Assembly (NCBI GenBank): GCA_027022365.1
Contig: JALVYU010000031.1
Coordinates: 256,001 to 320,000 of the forward strand
Reading direction: 5' to 3'
From: Desulfurococcales archaeon
GTDB taxonomy: Archaea; Thermoproteota; Thermoprotei_A; Sulfolobales; Desulfurococcaceae
Length of the DNA: 64,000 nucleotides
Each line of letters opens with the position of its first letter. Within the stretch, counting starts at the first letter, position 1. The position numbers and the translations under genes are program-made. The notes under the pieces are model-generated. The model was not told where the DNA came from and searched no databases. It saw only the letters and a list, made by a program, of their open reading frames with translations. Shown here one piece after another: positions 49,353 through 58,584 of the stretch.

Positions 49353-49713
49353 CGTCTCATCGAAATCGCTGGTATAGCCACACAAGTTTTTAAAAACAAT
49401 TAGCACTCGTCCAGGGGTAAAAGGGAGACTAAGGGAGAGGCGAGATAAAACATAATCTATAGGACAACTACCAGGAGAGCCGGGCTTTAGAATAAAGTAA
49501 TAATGCATTATACATAGCGCCTGCTGAGGAAAAGACCTACCCTTATTTTGCTCCGGAGGAGAAGCAAGCGAGAAACCGCTAAAGGACTCGGTGTAAAGAC
49601 AGTTCATATTGACCATAAGGAAAATAATTAGTGTTCATCAACAAATGTGTTCCGACAATACAGCGTCACGGAAGTGTCATTGAAAAACTATCTAGTGATC
49701 CGCCAGTGGTGCT

Positions 49714-50901
49714 ATGGAAATGCGTTTTCAAGAGCTCCCCGTCAGTGCCCGTAGATACATATTGTATCACGCTCTTGTCTCACCGGTTCTTATTACCTGG
49801 TATTTGTTACCATATTATCTGTTGTTGACCGGGTATAGTGTCCTAGAGGTAGGCGCTATATTTACGGCGGTAAATGTTCTAAGTGTTCCTCTAACTCTTT
49901 GGCTCGGCAAGAAGTTCCAAAGCATTGATATTAGGAAGGGATTAGCGACTATCGACGTGCTTGAATCCATGTCGAATGTAGCATACGGCTTTGCCTACGG
50001 TCCCATAGCGCCCTTAATGATCGTTCTTGGCGGGCTTACCGAGAAAGCTAGCGGCACCTTATATTTTCTATACCCGGCCTACGAGAGGATAATATATCCC
50101 GAGGACAGGATGAAGGAAGCACTGTCTATTCATTTGAGGATACCAGAGCTAACAATAATTCTCACATATCCCGTCATAGGGTTCATGCTCGGCTACGTAT
50201 GGTCTTCCCCAGCCTCAATAAGGTACTCTTTTCTCATGTTCGCCGCATACCAGTTTGCACTAGTACCCTATATATTATGGTTCTTTAGACCCGTAAAGAT
50301 ATCCCGCGAAGAGGAAGACAGCCCTAACACCTCTAAGCCTTCCTTAGGCCGTCTACCCAGAAAGTACTTGGCTTACATCATAGCCGATGTACTGTTTATT
50401 CTGGCTTGGCTACTCGCACCCAATCTAGCTCTCGTGTATTATGTCCTCAAATGGCTGCATGGAAACATATTCCATGTAGCATTGATTGAGGCCAGTATAT
50501 CTACAGCTACAATTATCGGTACCTTCATAGTTGATAGGCTAGCAAGAGACAAGCCCGGGCGATACTTGGCAGCGGGAACACTCATAACAGTAGCAGGTTT
50601 AGGGATGGCCGTAGCAACCAGTATATTTCCAATCATACTGCTTGCCTTCTTCATAGTTAGGCTGGGGGATAGTATCGTGTTTGTCTACAAGCGGTTATGG
50701 CTATACAGCATAATGAGTAGAGGAGAAGCATCCATAGCATCCGCATTGATCTCGAGCATAAGGCGGACAATATCATTGTTCTCTCCCGGCCTAGCATCCC
50801 TACTTTCAACATTGAATCCCCGTGCACCATACATCGCGTGCTTGACACTGTTACTCGTGACTATACCAGTGTATCTATCATTTCTGGCAAAGAAAAAATA
50901 G
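49714..50901 (+). CDS. MFS-type membrane transporter
   Basis: About 11-12 hydrophobic helices with a central hydrophilic loop. Confidence 0.7.
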   Translation: MEMRFQELPVSARRYILYHALVSPVLITWYLLPYYLLLTGYSVLEVGAIFTAVNVLSVPLTLWLGKKFQSIDIRKGLATIDVLESMSNVAYGFAYGPIAPLMIVLGGLTEKASGTLYFLYPAYERIIYPEDRMKEALSIHLRIPELTIILTYPVIGFMLGYVWSSPASIRYSFLMFAAYQFALVPYILWFFRPVKISREEEDSPNTSKPSLGRLPRKYLAYIIADVLFILAWLLAPNLALVYYVLKWLHGNIFHVALIEASISTATIIGTFIVDRLARDKPGRYLAAGTLITVAGLGMAVATSIFPIILLAFFIVRLGDSIVFVYKRLWLYSIMSRGEASIASALISSIRRTISLFSPGLASLLSTLNPRAPYIACLTLLLVTIPVYLSFLAKKK

Positions 50902-51168
50902 AGAGGCCATGAGAACCACATAATGTATCTATAATGTTCAAAACATATACCAAGGATTCTCCTAGAGAGCTGACATCGTACGAGATACAGTCATCCCCAA
51001 CGAATTTTGGACTAGACCATCATTTCTACTGAGACCCGGGAAACAGGATCACTGTTGTCTATAGTGTTAATCTAGTATTTGTTGTTCTCGCTACGTTCAT
51101 TACATGGTTATATAATAAATACATACAATACTTATATAGTGATTACAATAGCGTCAGGTGCCCGCGTC

Positions 51169-51954
51169 TTGTCCTATGAAGAAATTAGTAGATTGGCGGA
51201 TTTGATACGCTCTTATTTAAAACAATATGGCTACGATATAGACGAAGCCCCATACACTGCTAATCGAATACTCTGTATTGCTCCTCACCCTGACGATTGT
51301 GAAGTTGGAGCCGGAGGCCTGCTGGCTAAGGCATCGGATCACGGGACAGAAACCTACATCCTCGTCCTCACAGATGGGTCAATGGGCACTAGCAGGCCGG
51401 GCATAAGTAGGGATGAACTAGCGCTGAGAAGACGTAGAGAGCAGGAGGAGGCTGCGAAAGTCTTAGGGGTTAAGAAGGTTTACTGGCTAGGCTACAGGGA
51501 TGGCTTCCTCCCATATACTGATGAGGCTCGATTAAGGATAGCCACCATAATACGGCGGGTTAAACCCGATCTCGTATTGGCCCCCGATCCATGGATGATG
51601 TATGAGGCCCACCCAGATCATCGGAGAGCAGGACTACTGGTTTCAGAGGCCTTCCTCTACTCTGGCTTCCCCCTCTACGGTCCCGAGACCGGTGATCCCT
51701 GGAGCCCCCGGTATATCGCCTACTACTACACTGGCAGGCCGAACGTCTACGTTGACATAACGGGTTATCTGGAAAAGAAGCTTGAAGCCTTAAAGAAGCA
51801 TGAAAGCCAGCTAGAAGGCCTAGAACCACTTCTCAAACTCCTAGTCGTCTATGCAGAGCAAGCTGGGAAGAAAATAGGCGTCAAATACGCAGAACCACTA
51901 AAGATCCTGCCAAGAATACTCGTGCACGCCATACCCCTCGCAGAGATAATCTAA
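51169..51954 (+). CDS. PIG-L/LmbE-family N-deacetylase (diacetylchitobiose deacetylase-like)
   Basis: IAPHPDDCEVGAGG, TDGSMG, RRREQEEAA, YEAHPDH, KHESQ. TTG start at 51169 behind AGGTG. Confidence 0.88.
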   Translation: MSYEEISRLADLIRSYLKQYGYDIDEAPYTANRILCIAPHPDDCEVGAGGLLAKASDHGTETYILVLTDGSMGTSRPGISRDELALRRRREQEEAAKVLGVKKVYWLGYRDGFLPYTDEARLRIATIIRRVKPDLVLAPDPWMMYEAHPDHRRAGLLVSEAFLYSGFPLYGPETGDPWSPRYIAYYYTGRPNVYVDITGYLEKKLEALKKHESQLEGLEPLLKLLVVYAEQAGKKIGVKYAEPLKILPRILVHAIPLAEII

Positions 51955-51967
51955 GAGGGCACAGGAA

Positions 51968-53113
51968 ATGATCAAGGGAGTAGTAGAGGGGTTCTACGGG
52001 CCTACATGGGACCTGCTCGACAGGCTCTCAATAATAGACCTACTGTCTTATCTCGAGATGAACACATACGTGTATGCGCCGAAATGGGATCCCTACCATA
52101 GGGAGAGGTGGAGGAGCCCCTACCCCGAAAACATCCTCCTCGAACTGGAAATACTCTCTGACCATGCCAGGAGGAGAAGAGTAGAACCAGTATACGCGTT
52201 ATCCCCGGGACTAGACATAGATTATTCGAGCAGAGAAGACCTAGGAGCACTACTGAGGAAATACCAGCAGGTAATGAATGCTGGCTACGACTCGATAGCG
52301 CTGCTCCTAGATGATATCCCCCCAGTACTGAGGGGTAAAGGCTATAAAACACTAGCAGAGGCCCAGGCAAGCTTGGCGAACAAAGTCTACAAGGAGCTAA
52401 AGCCGAAGATAATGATGTTATGTCCAACACACTATTGGGGATACCATGAAGACTACCTAAGGGAGCTCGGCGAGAAACTAGACCCCGAGGTAAAGATATT
52501 TTGGACAGGGCCCGGAATAGTATCCCGTAAAATAACGGTAGAAGGCGTCAAGAAATTCATCGAGATCACGGGTAGAAAGCCACTGATCTGGGATAACTAT
52601 CCGGTAAACGACTACTTCTTAGTAAAAGGCTACTATCGCCTACACCTAGGACCATACAAGGGCAGAGACCCCAAAATACTAGACATGGCCGAGGGGATCC
52701 TATTGAACCCGATGAACCAGGCAGAACTATCGAAAATCCCGATCCACACAGCGGGAATATTTCTACAAGACCCACAGCACTACAACCCCCTGCAGGCTTT
52801 AGAGGAAGCAATAACACACAACATAAACCCCGAGGCAAGAAGAGCCTTCAGAATCATAGTTATGCTACAACAATCAACGCCAATGGATCCCCAGGCAGAC
52901 CACAAGCCTAGACCCGAAGAAGCGGACACATTATTAAAAGCAGTGATGGAGCTACAGACAAAATTAACAAACAAGAAGATGCTACATGAACTAGCCTATT
53001 TACTACAAGGAGTACAACAACTAGTTCAAAGCCTCGAAGGAAAAGCGGAACCCCACCCAAGGATATTGCTGGCAGGAAAATACCTAGTTCAACTCATACC
53101 GGGGTATAAGTAA
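51968..53113 (+). CDS. GH84 beta-N-acetylglucosaminidase (O-GlcNAcase/hyaluronidase family), cytoplasmic
   Basis: GVVEGFYG.W, MNTYVYAPK.DPYHR..WR.PYP, ALSPG, catalytic LLDDI, CPTHY, WTGP, WDNYPVND, NPMNQ; no signal peptide. Confidence 0.9.
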   Translation: MIKGVVEGFYGPTWDLLDRLSIIDLLSYLEMNTYVYAPKWDPYHRERWRSPYPENILLELEILSDHARRRRVEPVYALSPGLDIDYSSREDLGALLRKYQQVMNAGYDSIALLLDDIPPVLRGKGYKTLAEAQASLANKVYKELKPKIMMLCPTHYWGYHEDYLRELGEKLDPEVKIFWTGPGIVSRKITVEGVKKFIEITGRKPLIWDNYPVNDYFLVKGYYRLHLGPYKGRDPKILDMAEGILLNPMNQAELSKIPIHTAGIFLQDPQHYNPLQALEEAITHNINPEARRAFRIIVMLQQSTPMDPQADHKPRPEEADTLLKAVMELQTKLTNKKMLHELAYLLQGVQQLVQSLEGKAEPHPRILLAGKYLVQLIPGYK

Positions 53114-53267
53114 TATGTAAGGATAAATGATCCTAACATGGTATAATTTTTCCCATTAAATCAGTATAAGATATCAGATGTTTATCTTCTTTACCTCCTC
53201 GAGCTGTTTTACGATATGATCTATTCTCTGTTCCTTGGTATAGTTGTGGATCTAACTACTTTTGTTT

Positions 53268-54173
53268 TCATAAAACCTTGCTATAGATCAAGTATTCCCT
53301 TATATCCGTGACTCCCGGTATCCATGCATAGAAGAACAGGTGTGTTGTCCATGGGATGATCGCGTACCGTATTCCTAGGAGTCTCATAGAGTCCAGTGTA
53401 TGTAGTAGGAGGATCTTTCCTAAGCCTCGGCCCCGGTATTTCTCGTCGACGCCTATTGGGCCGAACCTGTACCTGTGGCTTGCACTGTGTACGGCGAATC
53501 CAGCTATCCCGTTGTTTGTTTCAGCCACGTATATTCTGCCGTATTTTTTCTCTAGGGCTAGCTGGGCCTCTATACTCCATTGCAGCGAGAAGTTCTTCTC
53601 GATCCACTTGAATACGGGATCATTTCTGCTCGTCGATTCTCTGATCTCTACGTCATCTGTTCTAATCCTTATGTCTTGTCTCTCGATCCAGTATCGCTCT
53701 AGATCTACTGTGTAATCAACTGCTCTTGATACTATCTTGTAGCCTCGGTCTTTAAGCCGTTCTCGTAGCCTGTAGTTCCTAGAGTTTACCCCGGTGAGGA
53801 AGTACCAGGGAGCATACCCGTATATTCTGACGCCTCTTTTACCCTTTTTCTCCGCGAGCTCCTCGATATAGGATAGTAGTTTTTCGAAGCATTCTTCGGA
53901 GTCTTTATCGACGGCTAGCAGCTTGACCCATAAGTATTCGAGTGCTTGTCTAGGTGGTTTTAGGCCGGGCAGTGCTGCGGGCTCTGCATAGACGAGCAAC
54001 CCCTTAGTATCACCGTTTTCTATGCAGGCTATAATGTAGTCGGGTTTTGTGAATGGGTCTTTATGGATACATGTTTCTACGTGTTCATAGTCAATAAAGT
54101 CGTGGGGAAGGAGCTTGTTTGCCGTAGTGACTATCTCGTGGTCGTTTAACCCCTTGATGATCTTGATGGTCAT
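53268..54173 (-). CDS. Tandem GNAT acetyltransferase (glucosamine N-acetyltransferase-like)
   Basis: YAPWYFLTGV, FGPIGVDEKYRGRGLGKILL, YAIIPWT. Confidence 0.75.
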   Translation of the reverse strand: MTIKIIKGLNDHEIVTTANKLLPHDFIDYEHVETCIHKDPFTKPDYIIACIENGDTKGLLVYAEPAALPGLKPPRQALEYLWVKLLAVDKDSEECFEKLLSYIEELAEKKGKRGVRIYGYAPWYFLTGVNSRNYRLRERLKDRGYKIVSRAVDYTVDLERYWIERQDIRIRTDDVEIRESTSRNDPVFKWIEKNFSLQWSIEAQLALEKKYGRIYVAETNNGIAGFAVHSASHRYRFGPIGVDEKYRGRGLGKILLLHTLDSMRLLGIRYAIIPWTTHLFFYAWIPGVTDIREYLIYSKVL

Positions 54174-54339
54174 ATTATCACATGGTTAATAGTAATTGCT
54201 AGAGGAATAATTGCTTTCGTATAATAGCACGGCTTAAAAGGGATTTGTACATTATAGATAGTAGTTTTCTATTAGAGTGGCTTCTAGAACAAATCAATAT
54301 TAATACGATGGTTCACAAAACATTACTCTGTATACTGCG

Positions 54340-54840
54340 GTGTATGTAGACTTGGCGACAACTTCGCCTCCCTCATCACCAGTAGTTCTCGGTAGGGTGT
54401 CTTGGTTCTACTATTATCCTATTGAGGGGATTGTTTATGATCTTAACTTCTCCGGAGATGTGGCTGTTCTTCATACCAATCATGGTGCTCTGAGATATAG
54501 ATATACAGGTATTTCTGTCAAGTACCTTAGAATTCCGGATCCGAGGATCACGAAGATCACTATGATTTTCACCGCAATAATGTTCGTAATTATCGCATTG
54601 ATCGTGCTCAGCTCCGTGAACACAGGCTTCGGACTATTATTCGGGTCAAGCCCATCTGGGTTCTTCCGGCTCTTCACTCTCCTCATCATCGTCTCAGCGA
54701 TATTCGCGGCTTTCACTCTCGTATCAGCTTGTAGATCTAAGCCCGTCCTCGCCCTAATCGATCATGCTGGTGTTGAGCATTATTATATCGTCGATTCTAA
54801 GAGCAGGGATAGAATTCTCCGTAATGTTGTCTCTCTGTAA
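54340..54840 (+). CDS. Hypothetical membrane protein (two TMs)
   Basis: Two central hydrophobic helices; no family recognised. Confidence 0.55.
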   Translation: MYVDLATTSPPSSPVVLGRVSWFYYYPIEGIVYDLNFSGDVAVLHTNHGALRYRYTGISVKYLRIPDPRITKITMIFTAIMFVIIALIVLSSVNTGFGLLFGSSPSGFFRLFTLLIIVSAIFAAFTLVSACRSKPVLALIDHAGVEHYYIVDSKSRDRILRNVVSL

Positions 54841-54963
54841 TAGTTTTTGTCGGTTAGATATGCTGATTGTTTTCTATAACGTTGTAACACTATTCAATTA
54901 TTCTTAACAGTTCAAGAAAAAATTGAAACATGACGTAAGGCTTAAATACTGTTATGGGACAAA

Positions 54964-56292
54964 ATGGTGGGTTTGAGGTGGTATTTTGCAGCGCCAATGG
55001 CGTTAAGAGCTAGTCAAGTCCCGGATTATCTCCCTTCCTCATGGTATAATATCCTCGCAGACCTGCCCGGAGAACTGCCCCCTATGAAGCTGCCCAACGG
55101 CCAAATAGTCGAGAAGCTCATGCTGGAAAAACTATTCGCTAAAACACTTGTCGAGCAGGAATATAGCCGCGAGAGATACATACAGATACCTGCCGAGCTA
55201 CGCAGCAAATATCTTGAGCTCGGAAGACCTACACCTCTTCTGCGCGCCAAGAACCTAGAAGAATACCTTGGGACACCAGCGATAATACTCTATAAGTATG
55301 AAGGAGTAACGCCAACTGGTAGCCACAAGATAAACACAGCTCTAGCCCAGGCCTATTATAATAAGCTCGAGGGGACAGAGACAATAGTGACAGAGACAGG
55401 GGCTGGGCAGTGGGGTTCAGCGCTTAGCCTCGCTGGGGCACTGACCGGAATACATGTCAGGGTGTACATGGTTAGAGTGAGCTACTATCAGAAGCCTTAC
55501 CGCGGAGTACTCATGAGAATATATGGTGCCGAGGTATATCCTAGCCCGAGCAACAGGACGAGCTTCGGACGCAAGCTCTTGGAGCAAAACCCTGAACACC
55601 CGGGTAGCCTAGGCATAGCAATTAGTGAAGCCATAGAAGACGTAGTGATGAGCGGCGGTAAGGCAAAATACTGTCTAGGTAGCGTGTTGAACCACGTCCT
55701 CCTCCACCAAACAGTAATAGGGCTCGAAGCCAAGAAGCAAGTGGAGGAACTAGGACTCTACCCCGACGTCGTCATAGGATGTGTCGGCGGGGGAAGCAAC
55801 TACGCGGGGCTCAGCTACCCTTTCATATATGATAGGCTGAAGGGATCAAGCGATACAAGGTTTATAGCAGCCGAGCCAAAGGCTGTTCCAAGCATGACCC
55901 GCGGAGAATACAGGTATGACTACGGAGATACGGCGGGCATGACCCCTATGATCAAGATGCATACTCTTGGCCACGAGTTCACGCCGCCACCGATCCACGC
56001 GGGAGGGCTACGGTACCACGGCGTAGCACCCACGCTCAGCGTACTCATAAATCACGGTGTAGTGGAGCCTGTAGCCTATGGTCAGAGGGAGGTGTTTGAG
56101 GCCGGAACATTGTTCGCCAAGCTCGAAGGAATAGTTCCTGCTCCGGAGAGCGCCCATGCAGTTAAAGCAGTGATTGAGGAGGCTCTGAGAGCCAAGGAAA
56201 GAGGTAGAAGAGAGGTAATATTATTCAATATGAGTGGGCACGGGCTACTCGATCTACAGGGATACATCGACTACTTAGAGGGAAGGATTTAG
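54964..56292 (+). CDS. trpB2: Tryptophan synthase beta chain, type 2 (stand-alone)
   Basis: [57 protein letters not shown]. Confidence 0.95.
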   Translation: MVGLRWYFAAPMALRASQVPDYLPSSWYNILADLPGELPPMKLPNGQIVEKLMLEKLFAKTLVEQEYSRERYIQIPAELRSKYLELGRPTPLLRAKNLEEYLGTPAIILYKYEGVTPTGSHKINTALAQAYYNKLEGTETIVTETGAGQWGSALSLAGALTGIHVRVYMVRVSYYQKPYRGVLMRIYGAEVYPSPSNRTSFGRKLLEQNPEHPGSLGIAISEAIEDVVMSGGKAKYCLGSVLNHVLLHQTVIGLEAKKQVEELGLYPDVVIGCVGGGSNYAGLSYPFIYDRLKGSSDTRFIAAEPKAVPSMTRGEYRYDYGDTAGMTPMIKMHTLGHEFTPPPIHAGGLRYHGVAPTLSVLINHGVVEPVAYGQREVFEAGTLFAKLEGIVPAPESAHAVKAVIEEALRAKERGRREVILFNMSGHGLLDLQGYIDYLEGRI

Positions 56293-56397
56293 AACGAACA
56301 ATGAGCTACCATCCTTTTGATCGGAACAAACAATTAATTTTTCCTTTTTGCCTAAATGGTACAATATGTTAAAAATATTTGTAGCGGTGCATGGTTC

Positions 56398-57306
56398 TTG
56401 GAGAAAACAGCAAGGTTATTCGAGATTATTTGTAGAGCTCTTCCCCAGCCATGCCGTGTAACCTACATGTCTAGCGCGAAAAACCCTTTCACAGCCAGTG
56501 TTTTCAGCCCAGCAGATGGCATCGTTGATTCGGATATAATCGTAATGGATGCCCAGATACTATATCATGACCTGCTCGTAAACGTCCTCCCAAGGACTGG
56601 TTCTGATACAATAGTGGCTATACCCAACATATTCGATCAGATGGTAAGGCTTCCAAAAATAATGCATACAGCCAGGACAAACTATTATGTTTCATCGATC
56701 CTATCGGTTGATAACGGCCTGCTCCTAATGATGAAGACCCGTATCCCCCGCGAGTTCCTCGAAGCGCTTGGGAGAGCCTACCGCGAAGCAATGCTAAGGG
56801 GGGCTCACCCGGTATCATATAATACAGGCAGGTTTCTCTACATGATCGCGAGGTTTATGGGGACAAGGAGGAAGACGTCGATACTTGAGATAGGCGCTGG
56901 AACAGGCTTCTCAACACTATGGCTAGGCCTGGCAGCACAGCACGCTGGTGCCAAGCTGGTATCCTATGAGAGGGATCCTGATCTCGCGGGGCTGGCTCGG
57001 GCACATATCGTATCTTCTAGTCTTCAGAAAAACATAGAACTACTATGCGGCGATGCAGCTAGAGGTATTAAGGAAAAAGACTACTACTTAGCGTTCATAG
57101 ATGGCGAGAAAACAGAGTATATAAAATATATCCAAATACTTGAGCCCCTCATGAACAACACGGTCATAATCTCCCACAACACGTTATCCCATCCCATAGA
57201 GCTAAGAGAATTCATCGAGAAGATCTATGGGAAAAACTATCTATCGCTTACACTCATGCCCGACAACGCAGGCCTTACAATATCGCTTTACCATATCAAC
57301 AAATAG
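56398..57306 (+). CDS. O-methyltransferase-family protein with an extra N-terminal domain
   Basis: ILEIGAGTGFSTLWL, YERD, GDA, AFIDGEK.EY; TTG start behind GCGGTG. Confidence 0.75.
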   Translation: MEKTARLFEIICRALPQPCRVTYMSSAKNPFTASVFSPADGIVDSDIIVMDAQILYHDLLVNVLPRTGSDTIVAIPNIFDQMVRLPKIMHTARTNYYVSSILSVDNGLLLMMKTRIPREFLEALGRAYREAMLRGAHPVSYNTGRFLYMIARFMGTRRKTSILEIGAGTGFSTLWLGLAAQHAGAKLVSYERDPDLAGLARAHIVSSSLQKNIELLCGDAARGIKEKDYYLAFIDGEKTEYIKYIQILEPLMNNTVIISHNTLSHPIELREFIEKIYGKNYLSLTLMPDNAGLTISLYHINK

Positions 57307-57508
57307 TCCCACTTGATAACGAAGTTTTATCATGGTCTAGAATATCTGTACCTTTTTATGTGGGTTAACAACAGCTATAATCGAAGCGATAATAGATTCC
57401 TAATTATACGCTGGGCCTGCACGACAATATATGAGTGGGAACACCTGCCCGGCAACATTTATTCAATCCTTCTAAGATAAGGCATTCATAGAGGATCAGG
57501 TGAGCCTC

Positions 57509-58582
57509 ATGTTTAGAATCGGTGGAGAATATCTGGTTCGTTCAACGGATCCTGTTATCCTTGAACGGGCGCTTAGCGGCGGCGTAGCAACTGCGCTCAC
57601 GAAATATTTGCTCGAGAAAAGAATTGTGGACATGGCGCTCCTTATCAGATCTGATGGAATCACTGGTGGCAGGTTATTCTTTGCGCGCGACCCCGAGGAA
57701 GTAGTCGAGTCTGCTGGTAGTATTTGCTTATCCCCTATAAACATGGCCAAGGCTATACGGGACTACGTCTCAAGAGACGAGAAGGTCGCAATAACGGTTA
57801 AGCCGTGCGAAGAGAAAGCGATCGACTACTTGGTCAGAACAGGACGTGTTAGGAGGGAGAACCTCTTCCTTATAGGATTGAATTGCGGCGGGTTATTTGA
57901 CCCGCTAAGCCTTGAGAAGACCATGGAGGAGCTAAGCGTAGACCCCGACAAGATAACCGATATCAGGTATCATGACGACGCGATAGAGATAGTTATTGAT
58001 AACGATAAGTCCTTCAGGATAGACTATGTGAAAGGATATGAGAAGCTAGGGCAGAGAGACGCTTGTAAGAGATGCTTAGACCATACTCCCTCATTATCAG
58101 ACGTAGCTCTTGGATACTGGGGCGTACCGATCAGGACCGCCAAGTACACGTATACCATACCCTTGACCGAGCGTGGAAGGAGAGCATTGGAGGAGATGCT
58201 CTACAATGGCTATATCGAAGCGGTTCCAGCTCCGCCGAGCGCCGTGGAAGCTAGGAAGAGGATCATAGAGACTATTAGGAAGGCCAGCATGATCGCGAGG
58301 GAGAAACAATACGAGGTATTGGATAGGGCTGGCATAGCGATGTTTCTCCAGAAATGCCTAATGTGTATGGAGTGCTGGCACGCCTGCCCGATCAGGAGCG
58401 AGAAAGAAATCTATGCGTGGAAGAAGAAGCTCGACCCTGTATTGTGGCAGATCAGCGTGATCACGTACATGTACGACAAATGTGTCGGGTGCGGGGCCTG
58501 TGAGGACGCCTGCCCCGTCAAGATACCGTTTGCACTCATCATAGAGCGTCTACGCGACCTAAGAAGAGAGCTGGGTGTCTAG
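57509..58582 (+). CDS. fdhB: Formate dehydrogenase beta subunit, FrhB/FdhB (F420-binding) family with C-terminal 2x[4Fe-4S]
   Basis: SGGVATAL, SAGS, KVAITVKPC, IGLNCGG, RDACKRC, DVALGYWG, CLMCMECWHACP, CVGCGACEDACP. Confidence 0.82.
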   Translation: MFRIGGEYLVRSTDPVILERALSGGVATALTKYLLEKRIVDMALLIRSDGITGGRLFFARDPEEVVESAGSICLSPINMAKAIRDYVSRDEKVAITVKPCEEKAIDYLVRTGRVRRENLFLIGLNCGGLFDPLSLEKTMEELSVDPDKITDIRYHDDAIEIVIDNDKSFRIDYVKGYEKLGQRDACKRCLDHTPSLSDVALGYWGVPIRTAKYTYTIPLTERGRRALEEMLYNGYIEAVPAPPSAVEARKRIIETIRKASMIAREKQYEVLDRAGIAMFLQKCLMCMECWHACPIRSEKEIYAWKKKLDPVLWQISVITYMYDKCVGCGACEDACPVKIPFALIIERLRDLRRELGV

Positions 58583-58584
58583 CC

